Source: an uncultured Thermoplasmata archaeon
Lineage (GTDB): Archaea > Thermoplasmatota > Thermoplasmata > Halarchaeoplasmatales > Halarchaeoplasmataceae
Direction: 5' to 3'
NCBI GenBank assembly: GCA_964602715.1
Contig: CAZRSB010000003.1
Location: 5,783-69,782, forward strand
Length of the DNA stretch: 64,000 nt
The translations under genes and the position numbers were made by a program. The notes below the pieces were generated by a model, which was not told the DNA's origin, made no database searches, and was given only the letters and a program-made list of their open reading frames with translations. Positions 47,853 through 58,685 of this stretch are shown piece after piece (position 1 is the first letter of the stretch; each line of letters begins with the position of its first letter).

Positions 47853-49613
47853 TTAATCGATATAATAGTATTCGCCCTGAGTTTTTTGCTTCCTATCCAA
47901 ACGTGATTTAGGTTTATTAACTCTTGGACGGTTGGTATCTGCATCTCTTCTAAAGGTTATATCCACTTCTTTCAAAAATTTATTCATACCTTTTCTCATC
48001 TCATAGGGACCTTGCCCTTTTCCATATTGTCCTGGGTCTCCTGAAAAATTCATTATCAAGTCTGAAACGTAATCTATAAAATAAACATCATGGTCTACGA
48101 TCATCCCACCTTTCTCGATTTTTTCCATGAATCTTCTTATGACTTTAGCCGCTGTCATCCTTCTGCCAGCATCAAGATAAGCACTAGGTTCATCTATCAG
48201 ATAAAGATCAGCATCTCTTCCAAGACATAAAGCGAGAACGACTCTCTGAAGTTCACCACCGCTGAGATTAGGTACTTCTCTTTCATAAAGATCTTCTAAA
48301 TTCAAAGGCTTAAGCACGTTAGATTTAAAAAATCCTTCATTCAAACGTTTATTTATCTCAGTCCTGTATAGATCTATTACTCTGCCTTCATAGTCAGGCT
48401 TGATGTACTGGGGTTTATAACTGACTGTTATATCTTTTTCAATCTCTCCTTGAGTAGGCTCTATTACTTCAGCTAACATCTTGACAAATGTGGTTTTACC
48501 AGTAGCATTGGGGCCCACGATCCCTATGACCTCTCCTTCTGGAATTTCTCCTTTTTCCGTTTCAAGTTTAAAAGAATCCCATTCCTTCACCAGTTTCCCA
48601 TATTTGACCACTGGTTTTCCATGCCAGTCAGATTTTGGAGCTCTTTTTTCAAAAGTTATCTCATCATCTCTAAATCTAACATTTTCTTCATCTAAGAAGC
48701 CTCTAAGATAAGCATTTATTGCTACTCTAACACTCATCGGATGAGATGCGATTCCATAAGCTCCTCTAGAACCATACAACAGATGTACATTCTCAGCAAG
48801 AAAATCTAAAACTGCAAGATCATGTTCTATAACGATTACTCTATTTTCTTCACTTTTTTCTCTGATTACATCTCCAACTCTCATCCTTTGTCTTATGTCA
48901 AGATAAGAGGAAGGTTCATCATAAAAGTAAACGTCAGCCTCTTTTGTGGAGGTAGCAGCTATAGCTACTCTTTGGAGCTCTCCACCGGAAAGATTACTTA
49001 CCTTTGAATCTAACGTATTTTCTATTTCTAGAATTTTAACCCACTTATCATATCCGTCCCCTATCCTAGATAATAGATCTTCGACCTTACCTGTATAATG
49101 AGCAGGGATCCTATCCACATATTGTGGTTTGAGCGCTGTTTCTATTTCCCCATTATCCAAGGCCTTAAAGTACTCACCCATCGCTGTGCCAGAGTATTTT
49201 TCTATTATTCTCTCCCCTGTTACATCTTTTTCGTATGCTCCAAGGTTTGGGATTATCTCTCCTGAGAGCAATCTGATTGCAGTGGTTTTACCTATTCCAT
49301 TCGCCCCTAGTAATCCGGTTACTATCCCTTCTTTAGGGAGAGGTAAACGGTAAAGTCTAAAACTATTTTCACCGAACTGATGGATGAGATCTTCATCTAA
49401 TTCTTCTGGAAGATTTATTATCTTGATCGCATCAAATGGGCATTTATCAACACAAATACCACACCCTTCACATAACTCTTCAGAGATTTTGACACCATCT
49501 TCAGTCTTCACTATAGTTTCATTACCAGTTCTTACCATAGGACAGTAGTTTATGCACTCGTAACTGCACTTTTCAGGTTGACACTTTTCTTCGAGTAATA
49601 CAGCTATCCTCAT
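47853..49613 (-). CDS. abce1: ABCE1 (RNase L inhibitor / ribosome recycling factor)
   Basis: N-terminal 4Fe-4S CxxCxxC clusters plus two ABC ATPase domains. Confidence 0.9.
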   Translation of the reverse strand: MRIAVLLEEKCQPEKCSYECINYCPMVRTGNETIVKTEDGVKISEELCEGCGICVDKCPFDAIKIINLPEELDEDLIHQFGENSFRLYRLPLPKEGIVTGLLGANGIGKTTAIRLLSGEIIPNLGAYEKDVTGERIIEKYSGTAMGEYFKALDNGEIETALKPQYVDRIPAHYTGKVEDLLSRIGDGYDKWVKILEIENTLDSKVSNLSGGELQRVAIAATSTKEADVYFYDEPSSYLDIRQRMRVGDVIREKSEENRVIVIEHDLAVLDFLAENVHLLYGSRGAYGIASHPMSVRVAINAYLRGFLDEENVRFRDDEITFEKRAPKSDWHGKPVVKYGKLVKEWDSFKLETEKGEIPEGEVIGIVGPNATGKTTFVKMLAEVIEPTQGEIEKDITVSYKPQYIKPDYEGRVIDLYRTEINKRLNEGFFKSNVLKPLNLEDLYEREVPNLSGGELQRVVLALCLGRDADLYLIDEPSAYLDAGRRMTAAKVIRRFMEKIEKGGMIVDHDVYFIDYVSDLIMNFSGDPGQYGKGQGPYEMRKGMNKFLKEVDITFRRDADTNRPRVNKPKSRLDRKQKTQGEYYYID

Positions 49614-49659
49614 CTGCTAACCTCATTTTATAGGTGTTATTTTAGATTGATGGAATTTA

Positions 49660-51588
49660 TCATCTAGCTTCAAAACCGTCCCGTACTCTTGCTGCTAGAC
49701 CCTTATCTAGAGTATCGATCTCCTCTTCGTTAAGGAAAATCCTACCAACAGCAACAAGATCATCTTCTTTATCTACAACTAAAGCTTCATCACCAGGTCT
49801 TAAATCTGATGATATAGAACTTACAAATTTTGAGAATACACTCTTTCCTTGTCTGTTGAACTCCACGCTGTCCTCGACAACTTCAATTCTAAGATCTGGT
49901 GGCGAAAATTCTTTCCATAATCTCCTAGCTCCTCCTTCCTTTAAGGTGAAAAATCCATCGTAATGCCTCATAGAAAGTATGTGTTCTCCATCTAGTATAA
50001 CGTTCTTAATCCTTCCTTTCTTGTTTTTGACGTAATCTAACTCTCCATCCGTTAGCACTTCTCCTGCACCTTTAATGAATTGATAATCCGCTACTGCCTT
50101 GATCCTCATCTCATCAAAATCTAGATCTTCTTTTCTAGAAAGACTATCGAGAGTCCCCTCTCCTTCCCACAAGATCAACTCGTCTATCTGTTTTTCGTCT
50201 TTATAATCATCTAAAGATAACAACGGAGTTACGTGAGAGGGTAAAATAGATTGAGCTATAGGATATATCTCATCAAGTTCTAAAGGTACAGGTCCAAATA
50301 CTGTCGATACGAGTAGATTAACATCATATTCCTCTAGTAGAGATATCTCTTTTCTAAGTGCTCGGGCATAAGGTTTTCTCTCAGGCTCTTCAAAATAGAC
50401 AGTAGGACCATCTTTTGGAGGAGAATAACTTTCCATTATCCAATTCTGGATCCTTCTAAAATTAGGACGGAATGATGTTTCCTTACCCGTGTAAAGAGCT
50501 GCACCTTCTCTACTTCGGGGCTCATATCTTTCTAAATAATCGTATTCACCTTTCAAGACATCTAAAGAATCTAACAACAATGGATGTCCTCGAACTCTTT
50601 GTTCAGTGAATTCCCAAAGCTTACCTTCCATTATGGCCTGCTTTATCCTATCAATCTCCCGGAAGCTAACCCATAGATTGTGCTCAGCGATTGGTGCTAT
50701 ATCTCCTTTATCAAATTTATATTCTAGTTCTTCGGCTTGGTGAGAAGTACAAACAGGACACTCACAACCCAAATATTTTATATTTTTTATATTTTTAGTA
50801 CCAGAGGAATACATCATATCCCCTCTCTTGGCATATTTAGCATAAGAACTGGAATCAAATAAATCACATCCTAATAGAACAGCCAAAGAGTAAAGCATAG
50901 GATGTCCTGCACCAAAAAGATGTACAGGACCTCTAGGGCCTAATCCTTTTTTAGAAGCTAATATCACTTCCACAAGTTCGCGAAATCGGTATTCTTCCAT
51001 TAAAGGTACAACCCCTCCTATCGGATAAACTCCTCCTCCTAATTCCCCCATTACCTCAGCACAATATTTTCTTAAATCTGGAAACAATGATCCCTGGACA
51101 GGAAAAGCTATCTCACCTTTTAGACTATCATGTATCTTCTTGGCTTCTTTCGCTCTTTTCACTGTTTTTTCTACTTTTTTATTGGCTATTTCACGAGAAT
51201 CATGAGGTTCGGTAAATTCATCTAGGATCGTTAATATGTCTGAGCCGATCTCCTTCTGGAACTTCAAGATCTCTTTGGCTTCTATATCTATATCGCCATA
51301 TACGTGGGCCTGAAAAGTTCCTGAATCAGTCATGACAGGGCCTGAAAAGTTCAAGAGTCCACGAACACTTTTTTCCCTAGCCTTTTCTTTAAATTTTTCA
51401 TTAGTATATATAATGTAGGAATTAGTGATCAATATTTGTACATCAAACTCCTCCTCTAATCTCTTTATAGGTATCAGTTCTATAGAAGGATTCACTACTG
51501 GCATTATGGCTGGAGTCTGAATCGTACCGTGTATGAGTTCAAGCTTCCCGATCCTTGCTAATCCATCTTTTTGTTTGATCTCGAACAT
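49660..51588 (-). CDS. tgtA: archaeosine tRNA-guanine transglycosylase
   Basis: TGT catalytic domain with zinc site CxCxxC, plus C-terminal PUA domain. 642 aa. Confidence 0.9.
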   Translation of the reverse strand: MFEIKQKDGLARIGKLELIHGTIQTPAIMPVVNPSIELIPIKRLEEEFDVQILITNSYIIYTNEKFKEKAREKSVRGLLNFSGPVMTDSGTFQAHVYGDIDIEAKEILKFQKEIGSDILTILDEFTEPHDSREIANKKVEKTVKRAKEAKKIHDSLKGEIAFPVQGSLFPDLRKYCAEVMGELGGGVYPIGGVVPLMEEYRFRELVEVILASKKGLGPRGPVHLFGAGHPMLYSLAVLLGCDLFDSSSYAKYAKRGDMMYSSGTKNIKNIKYLGCECPVCTSHQAEELEYKFDKGDIAPIAEHNLWVSFREIDRIKQAIMEGKLWEFTEQRVRGHPLLLDSLDVLKGEYDYLERYEPRSREGAALYTGKETSFRPNFRRIQNWIMESYSPPKDGPTVYFEEPERKPYARALRKEISLLEEYDVNLLVSTVFGPVPLELDEIYPIAQSILPSHVTPLLSLDDYKDEKQIDELILWEGEGTLDSLSRKEDLDFDEMRIKAVADYQFIKGAGEVLTDGELDYVKNKKGRIKNVILDGEHILSMRHYDGFFTLKEGGARRLWKEFSPPDLRIEVVEDSVEFNRQGKSVFSKFVSSISSDLRPGDEALVVDKEDDLVAVGRIFLNEEEIDTLDKGLAARVRDGFEAR

Positions 51589-51704
51589 CTAGCTCACATC
51601 GACTTTTTATCATAACAAAATTATGATATGGAAATAACCGATATCAAATCTGAAAAAATAAAAAGTGTTTAAAGTTTTTTGTATGCTATCTATTACTCCT
51701 CGTT

Positions 51705-54700
51705 CTAGTCTTCCTCATCCTCAGAAGGTTTCTTAACGACCCTCTTTTTCACTTTTTTCCTTTTCTTCGGTTTTTTCTTCGTTGTTTCTGGAGATTCGTC
51801 GATCGTCTCTTTCTTATCTTGTTCCTCTTGTTTCTCACTAACATCTTTACTTTTTTCGCTTTCTGTTACTTCTAGGTCTTCATCCTCTAATGATGATATC
51901 TCTTCATCTATATCTAATTCCTCCTCGATCTCTGCGATCTCCTGTAAATCTTCTTCAGCTGCTTCTGACATCTCTTCATCCACCTCCTCGTCTTCTTGTT
52001 CCATCTCAATTTCTCCAAATTCGATAAGACTTTCACCACACTTCTGACAAACAGCCGCATCTACATTATTCAATGTTCCACATTCAGGACATTCTTTACT
52101 GCCCTCTCTCCTCTGTTTTTCTTTTCTTTCTAACCATTCGTCAAAAGTAACAAATGACGGTTGTTCTTTCCACCATTCCATGAACTCTTCTCTAGTTAGT
52201 TCAGTATCTAATTCCTCTTCTGCTCTTCGTTTTTGTTTATCCACAAACTTCCTAAATTGTTTTCTCATTCGCTCAGTGTAATCTTCGACCTCTTCCCCAG
52301 TTTTTACGAATTGGGCATCACACTCTGGACATGTATCAGCATCGGCTGGAATCCATTCTTCACATTCACTACATTTAACGGTATTCAAGTCGAACTCAAC
52401 ACCGCATTTTGGACAATTATTAGCATCAGCTGAGATCGTAGAACCGCAATTACCGCACTCGACCATCTCCCTTTCTCGGAAGAATTTAAAGTAAGCTACA
52501 GTTGATCCTGAACCACCTGCTGCTATTATCACAATAACCAAAAGTACCCACCAAGGCATACCTAGTATCTCCAATGTTTCAGTTTGTGCATTGAATGCCT
52601 CTGAGAAAGTATAATCAGGGCTAGCTTCTGTATGAGCTTGGATAATGATATCATATTCACCTTCCTCTTCAGGTATCTCAATATCCACGGAGAAATCACC
52701 ATTACTATCGGTATCAGTCATCTCGCTTACTTCAGAATCGCCTATTTTCAAAGTGATTGTGACTCCTGTATTAACCAATGGTCTACCATCACCTCTCTCT
52801 AATGTCCCTTCAAAAGTGTATGTGCCTCCAGTGTAAGGGCTTTCAGGGAAGTTCTCATTCGTTATTACAATTTCCTGTATCTCATCTATATCAAGCGACC
52901 ATGAAGTAGAATTGTATAGATATTCCTCTTCTGCCGCTGGGCCGATATACATATTTAAGGTTACTAACTGATCTCCTTGCCCAAACTCAACTGTCCACTC
53001 ATCTTCGATCTCTACAGTATCCTCTTGTTCCAAAACAACTTCATCGTATTCATCCCCTAGGAGTTCATTAGAAGTTTCGTCAGGATATTCGATGTTGATG
53101 TAGGCGGCACCCAGATCTAGAGCAGTTTCATTTGTATTCTGAACTGTTCCACTAAATCGAATCTCACCTTTTTCAATTAGGCTAGTATCCATATCATTAG
53201 GGTAAAATGACTCCCACTCGCCATTTTCTTTAACTTCCCAGGATTCTTCGACCAGAACCAGGTTAGGAGGAGACTTTAAATGCAGTTCTACTTGACCTTC
53301 TCTTACGTTGTTTTGTAGATACTTGTCCCTTTCATTCACGGTTTCTCCATCTATTTCTACCTGAACATCCTCTTTTATCTCAGCTATAATGATGTAATCA
53401 TCCGGAACAGCATCTGAGGTATCCCACTGGAATGTGATCTCAGTATTATGTTCTTCATAACCATCTCTTACATCAAGCGTCTCATCAAAGGTAAGATTGC
53501 CAATCCGTGTTTTTTCTGGTTCAGCAACTCCTACTTCTTGTTTATAATATTCAATCTCAAAATTGGTCACCCTCAGATCACCTTCATTTACTATAGTTGA
53601 GGTGATTACAACAGGGTCTCCTTTAGTTCTTTCCTCTGGGTAATCGATCTCTCCTGTAATAGCTAAATCAACATGTCGCTCAATATTTATCTCATCTGTT
53701 ATACTCAATATGTCTTCGTCTTCTTCCTCCTGATAAGGGTCTAGATCAACTTCTACTCTTATATCTCTAGCTTCTTCAATAGCTCCTAAGTAATGTGTCA
53801 GCATCTCGGCCTCCCAAATCATAGATAAGGTCTCCTCATCTCCGCTCTCTATTCCTTCTTCTAGATTCTCTGAACCAATCTCTATATATTCTCCGTCCTC
53901 ATCTTCAACAAGGAAATCAGCGTTAACTTCTTCTGAAACCCATCCTCCTATGTTCTCAATCGTCGTTTTTATTTCCACTTCCTCACCCACTCTAATGGGG
54001 TCTTCAGAGAATTCAATCGCTTCAATAGTTAATTGAGGTCTTTCAAGTATTGAAAATGATTTGGTCATTCTATCTTCTGTGCCCTCTACATTTTGCTCTC
54101 CATTTTCTACAGATATATCAACATATAATTCATAATCACCAGATTCAACTTCGTCAGTACTCCATTGAATATCTTCAAATGGTTTTACTTGGTCGGGTTC
54201 AAGATAAATACTGTCATTATTATAAATTGAGGATTCTTCTCCTTCAATCCCGATCTCAACTTCAGCACCATATATATCGTCTGCACCAGAATTCTGGACT
54301 TCTGCAGAAAAGGTAATATCCTTACCATCCATAACCTCTCCTTCACGGAAGAAATTGTCCTCATGGAAATTTATCGCATCAACTTCAAGACCCGCTCTTC
54401 TCTTTACAGTCAGATCGGTTGTTTGATAGAGGTTACCTTCTTTACTGTCTAGATCTAACGTCTCTTGGTCTATACTTGCGGTTATCTCTCTTACTTCAGT
54501 AAGATCTTCTACATCCTCACTCATCTCTGCGGTCCAGGTGAAATCAATAGGTTGTGTTTCTATGCCTGGTTCAATGTCAGCAGTATGGATAGATTCCTCA
54601 TCATCTAAAATGAACTCAACTGTTGTAGCTTCGGATGGCCATTCTCCTAAGTTTTCTATATCAGCGGATATCTGTACATTTTCTCCGATATAGTTATCCT

Positions 54701-57440
54701 CTATATCATATAATGTGAGAGAAAGTTCAGGTTTGCTCAATACAGTTATTTCTTCTTCTAGTCTACTTTCAGTTCCTTCTAATTCAACGCTAACTGTATA
54801 ATCACCTAAATCTCCAGGTTCCCATTCAAGTGGATCCGTCTCGTTATACGAATAGGGAGGTCCTGAAATACTTTCTTGCAGTGCTGCCATATCTCCCCCT
54901 GGAGCCCCTTCTATATCAACCTTGAACTCTTCGTGTTCCACCATTACTCCGTCTTTATCAGTTATGTTTATCCAAACTGACAAATCATCTATACCAAACT
55001 CGCCTTCGTTGATTATCCCTGCATAGACATTTACCTTTTCATCTACTAAAAGTTGCCGATTCTCATTCATCCTAATTTCATATTCTTCAGCATCGATATG
55101 TATCTGATCAACTGAAAGATCAGGACCTTCAGTCACAGTTATATTGATTTCATCTATGTTATTCTCACGACACTCTTCTAAGATCTCTTGTTCCGGGTCT
55201 ATTTCAGCAGTTAAAGTATAATCACCTCTACCTACCTCCTCTTCTCCTGGCCACTCAACATATAAAGTCTCATTTTCACCAGGCCCAAGGTCGGACCAAT
55301 CTTTTTCCTCTACAAATTTAATCTTTTCCTCATCTTCTCGTTGACGGTAATAAAAAGCCAGATCGATATTTTTTGCTTCTGACTCTCCAATATTTTTAAC
55401 GGTAAGACCTAATTCTCCCGACTCATCTTCAGGCAGCCTATGTGTCTCTTCACCTTCATATCTAAAGCTCAGATCTTCAACTTCGAGATCCGGTAGGGGA
55501 ACGGGGATGACCACATTGGTAATTTGCGGGTTTTCCATGGTAGGGAAATCTTCAAGATGATCTATCTTTACTTCTTCCTCGACTGAAATGTCATCATCAG
55601 TATAATTTACATAAAGATCATAATTACCAACGAATTTGCTGTTGGGCCAATCTTCAGGATAATTCAACCTGTCGCTCGCTAAAAACATAGTTGTGTTGCC
55701 GTCATCTCCACTCACGTACATTTCTTCGTCGGGGTCGTAATAGCCATATCCTGTTTCATTCAGAAAATCCCAAGCAGCCTGATTATGGGGTTCTGTAAGA
55801 TCATTGGCAAAGTTTATCTCCTCCTCTAAATCATCTTCTATTGCGGGTTTTGGATCAAGTCTGACTCCAGGTAGACCTATACCTCCTTCTGTTGTCACTT
55901 GTAACTCCACTTGTCTGTAAATCCAAGTCTTGTTGTGCTCTTCCTCAGTATTCAAAATCCAAGGATCAACATCATAATTATGATCGCTCACATTATCGTC
56001 AGCTATCTCTAAACCATAGCTCCTAAATTCGCTACCCCCGTACAATCTTATCGTTCTATGGTCCATGTTGGCGTTGTGTAGATATGTTTCTTTACAAGTA
56101 TCTACGTCGTTACCTCTTGGATCAACGTCGCTTTTTTCTATATCTACATCTATAAAACTGTCTATAGCCGTAAATATAGAATTTTCTACATGGATATCAT
56201 TATCATAGGAAGAAACAAGTCTCAGCTCAGTTACGTTTACATAATTATCGCCATCTATGTCATGTCCCTCATGATGTAAACTCAGATCCAGATCAAATAA
56301 CCATCTCCATTGGTCTCCGCGCTCTTCCTCGTAAAATCTACTCAAATCCATTTCCCATATATTTAGGAATTTTTCCCCTAGTGTTTCCGTTTCATCCAAT
56401 TGTATCGCTTCTTCGATCCACCCTTCTTCCGGACTTGAATAATTCAGATAAGCTTCACCATCATAGTCCTCAGAAGTATCATATTCTACCTCTATATATA
56501 AAGAGCTGATCAAATCTACCGGGTTTATATAGGGATATTCTTCTAGATATTCATGTGGAACCATAGGGTTTGAAAGGAACCATTCTCCTATTTCAAGCTC
56601 ATCAATACCTATATCATTATCGTTATCTTGGAGTTCTTCAATTGGCTCACCATCATCGTCCAGCGGGTACCAGGTCATCTCATCGGTGTTATACTCTGTA
56701 TCTCCTTCTGGAAAGTTATCATTCGTATAATAATCATTTATCTCTGATCTTTCCATATATACTTCTGAATTTTGAACAAATAACCTTGGACCGTCATTAT
56801 TGTCCTCTTGAGCTTGAGTTTCTAAATCTCCATCCCACAGATAATCATAATTAGGTATCTCGTCTTCATCTAGAGCTTCGAATCGTGATCCGATCATATC
56901 AAATTCAGAATCTTGGATGTGCACAAATCCAGGAAAAGAGAAGGAGGAATCATTATTTAAAGACAAAAATGATCCATCTTTAATGGTGACATCTGTTTTT
57001 AAAAACGGATGGGACCAACCTTCCTCTTCAGAATCAATCCAGGTCGTGATCGTACTGTTATCAAGGTCAAGAGTTCCAGAATGCACAGTTATATTGTACT
57101 GGTTTTCTGTATCTTGCCTTAAAGTGATCGTCGAATTTATCATTATTAGAGTACCTTCTTCTTCGATTATCACATCTCCATCTACCAAAAGGTCCCTGTC
57201 TTCTTCGATCCGGGTTTCTCCTTCTTCGATGATGAGATCCCCCTCGATATAATCATACCCCATCATACCGACTCCCTTTGGCACTGCTCGTTCAGTTGAA
57301 AGACTTGCACTCCCTACCGCTGATCCTATAGTCGGAGCAACTAGTCCCAAAATTAAAGCAGTCGCGATAATCATGCTCAACATTTTATGTATAGCATCTT
57401 TTTCATCAATCATGGTTTTCCACCGGGATAGTAAATCCAA
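51705..57440 (-). CDS. giant acidic surface protein (1911 aa): signal peptide, CARDB-like repeats, C-terminal TM, cytoplasmic triple zinc-ribbon tail
   Basis: N-terminal hydrophobic segment. Repeated DLSV...VKNIGESEAKN-like CARDB motifs. TM WWVLLVIVIIAAGG near residue 1640. Tail has three CxxC-N12-CxxC zinc ribbons followed by an acidic/K-rich tail. Confidence 0.7.
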   Translation of the reverse strand: MDLLSRWKTMIDEKDAIHKMLSMIIATALILGLVAPTIGSAVGSASLSTERAVPKGVGMMGYDYIEGDLIIEEGETRIEEDRDLLVDGDVIIEEEGTLIMINSTITLRQDTENQYNITVHSGTLDLDNSTITTWIDSEEEGWSHPFLKTDVTIKDGSFLSLNNDSSFSFPGFVHIQDSEFDMIGSRFEALDEDEIPNYDYLWDGDLETQAQEDNNDGPRLFVQNSEVYMERSEINDYYTNDNFPEGDTEYNTDEMTWYPLDDDGEPIEELQDNDNDIGIDELEIGEWFLSNPMVPHEYLEEYPYINPVDLISSLYIEVEYDTSEDYDGEAYLNYSSPEEGWIEEAIQLDETETLGEKFLNIWEMDLSRFYEEERGDQWRWLFDLDLSLHHEGHDIDGDNYVNVTELRLVSSYDNDIHVENSIFTAIDSFIDVDIEKSDVDPRGNDVDTCKETYLHNANMDHRTIRLYGGSEFRSYGLEIADDNVSDHNYDVDPWILNTEEEHNKTWIYRQVELQVTTEGGIGLPGVRLDPKPAIEDDLEEEINFANDLTEPHNQAAWDFLNETGYGYYDPDEEMYVSGDDGNTTMFLASDRLNYPEDWPNSKFVGNYDLYVNYTDDDISVEEEVKIDHLEDFPTMENPQITNVVIPVPLPDLEVEDLSFRYEGEETHRLPEDESGELGLTVKNIGESEAKNIDLAFYYRQREDEEKIKFVEEKDWSDLGPGENETLYVEWPGEEEVGRGDYTLTAEIDPEQEILEECRENNIDEINITVTEGPDLSVDQIHIDAEEYEIRMNENRQLLVDEKVNVYAGIINEGEFGIDDLSVWINITDKDGVMVEHEEFKVDIEGAPGGDMAALQESISGPPYSYNETDPLEWEPGDLGDYTVSVELEGTESRLEEEITVLSKPELSLTLYDIEDNYIGENVQISADIENLGEWPSEATTVEFILDDEESIHTADIEPGIETQPIDFTWTAEMSEDVEDLTEVREITASIDQETLDLDSKEGNLYQTTDLTVKRRAGLEVDAINFHEDNFFREGEVMDGKDITFSAEVQNSGADDIYGAEVEIGIEGEESSIYNNDSIYLEPDQVKPFEDIQWSTDEVESGDYELYVDISVENGEQNVEGTEDRMTKSFSILERPQLTIEAIEFSEDPIRVGEEVEIKTTIENIGGWVSEEVNADFLVEDEDGEYIEIGSENLEEGIESGDEETLSMIWEAEMLTHYLGAIEEARDIRVEVDLDPYQEEEDEDILSITDEINIERHVDLAITGEIDYPEERTKGDPVVITSTIVNEGDLRVTNFEIEYYKQEVGVAEPEKTRIGNLTFDETLDVRDGYEEHNTEITFQWDTSDAVPDDYIIIAEIKEDVQVEIDGETVNERDKYLQNNVREGQVELHLKSPPNLVLVEESWEVKENGEWESFYPNDMDTSLIEKGEIRFSGTVQNTNETALDLGAAYINIEYPDETSNELLGDEYDEVVLEQEDTVEIEDEWTVEFGQGDQLVTLNMYIGPAAEEEYLYNSTSWSLDIDEIQEIVITNENFPESPYTGGTYTFEGTLERGDGRPLVNTGVTITLKIGDSEVSEMTDTDSNGDFSVDIEIPEEEGEYDIIIQAHTEASPDYTFSEAFNAQTETLEILGMPWWVLLVIVIIAAGGSGSTVAYFKFFREREMVECGNCGSTISADANNCPKCGVEFDLNTVKCSECEEWIPADADTCPECDAQFVKTGEEVEDYTERMRKQFRKFVDKQKRRAEEELDTELTREEFMEWWKEQPSFVTFDEWLERKEKQRREGSKECPECGTLNNVDAAVCQKCGESLIEFGEIEMEQEDEEVDEEMSEAAEEDLQEIAEIEEELDIDEEISSLEDEDLEVTESEKSKDVSEKQEEQDKKETIDESPETTKKKPKKRKKVKKRVVKKPSEDEED

Positions 57441-57577
57441 GTTATAAACCTAGTTATACCTATAAATTTTTTTGCCCTAAACACCAACGGCGGCTTTCTT
57501 ACAATATTTATAGATTATCAATGTACTTTTTATATAATCTTCACTTACTAAAACAGTGATATTGAGGTGTCAAATAT

Positions 57578-58135
57578 ATGGACGTATACAATGCAATAAA
57601 GAAGAGAAGAAGTATAAGAAGATTTAGAGAGAAAAAAGTATCTGAAAAGACACTTGAAAAATGCATCGATGCTGCCAGATTGTCTCCCACTGGAGCTAAC
57701 AAACAACCTCTAAAATTTATAACTATAAAAGAGGAATTAGAGAATGTATTTCAATACACAAATTGGGCAGGATACATAGATTGGAATCCTTCTGAAAAGG
57801 AAATGCCAAGAGCATATATCGCTATCACAAAACATGCCAAAAAGGGATCTAAAATTGATATCGGAATAGCAGCTCAAAGTATCTGTCTCACAGCATTAAA
57901 CGAGGGGTTGGGTAGCTGTATGTTGGGAGCTATAGATAAAAAGAATCTTACCAGAATTTTACCGATACCTAAAAATCACGAACTCGAGCTTCTGATAGGT
58001 CTAGGCTATCCCAACGAAAATCCAAAAATAATTGAGAACCCTAAAAAAATAGAGTATTACAAGGAAAACAACGATTTGGTAGTTCCAAAAAAACCTATAG
58101 AAGAAGTATGGATCAAGCGGAATAAAGATGATTAG
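57578..58135 (+). CDS. nitroreductase-family protein
   Basis: MDVYNAIKKRRSIRRF N-terminus and nitroreductase fold length. Confidence 0.75.
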   Translation: MDVYNAIKKRRSIRRFREKKVSEKTLEKCIDAARLSPTGANKQPLKFITIKEELENVFQYTNWAGYIDWNPSEKEMPRAYIAITKHAKKGSKIDIGIAAQSICLTALNEGLGSCMLGAIDKKNLTRILPIPKNHELELLIGLGYPNENPKIIENPKKIEYYKENNDLVVPKKPIEEVWIKRNKDD

Positions 58136-58218
58136 GATTTAAAATGATGATGAGCACCAAAAGGGACACATTTAAATACATGTTATCGTTAAGTCGATAG
58201 TTGCAGTTCGTTGTTTAT

Positions 58219-58353
58219 GGGCCTGTAGCTCAGCCAGGTAGGAAAAAGGTTTATTTCCTTTTCCCTGGAAAGAGCATCTGGCTTTTAACCAGATGGCCTG
58301 GGGTTCGAAAATGAATCATCGAAAGGTGGTTCTCGAAAATCCCCACAGGCCCA
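58219..58353 (+). tRNA. tRNA-Lys(UUU): tRNA-Lys (anticodon TTT) with two predicted non-canonical introns
   Basis: Acceptor stem GGGCCTG/CAGGCCC. D-arm GCTC-AGCCAGGTA-[~30 nt insert]-GAGC. Anticodon arm TCTGG-CTTTTAA-CCAGA. T-arm TGGGG-TTCGAA[~30 nt insert]T-CCCCA. CCA not encoded. Exonic length is about 74 nt after removing both inserts. Confidence 0.7.
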
Positions 58354-58399
58354 TTAACTAAGAAGATCTCCCGCAATTCAAAAAGAATGGGGGCTAAAA

Positions 58400-58666
58400 A
58401 TGGGTAAAAAGGATGACATAAACGTACTAAATCATGGGCTTGTTCCCGAGCATGAACTTGTTCCTAGAGAACAAGAGAAACAGATTCTAGAGGAACTTGA
58501 TGTAGAGAGAGAAAATCTGCCTAAGATCAGAAAGACTGATCCAGTAATAAAACAATTAGAGAAAGTGCATGGGAACATCGAGGTAGGTAGGATGATTGAA
58601 GTTAAAAGGAAGAGCAAAACAGCCGGTTTTGCGAAGGCTTATCGGCTCGTTGTAAAAAGGCAATAG
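58400..58666 (+). CDS. rpoH: DNA-directed RNA polymerase subunit H (Rpo5)
   Basis: 88 aa immediately upstream of rpoB. Conserved archaeal order. Confidence 0.9.
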   Translation: MGKKDDINVLNHGLVPEHELVPREQEKQILEELDVERENLPKIRKTDPVIKQLEKVHGNIEVGRMIEVKRKSKTAGFAKAYRLVVKRQ

Positions 58667-58685
58667 TTTATAGGTGGTTTAAAAA

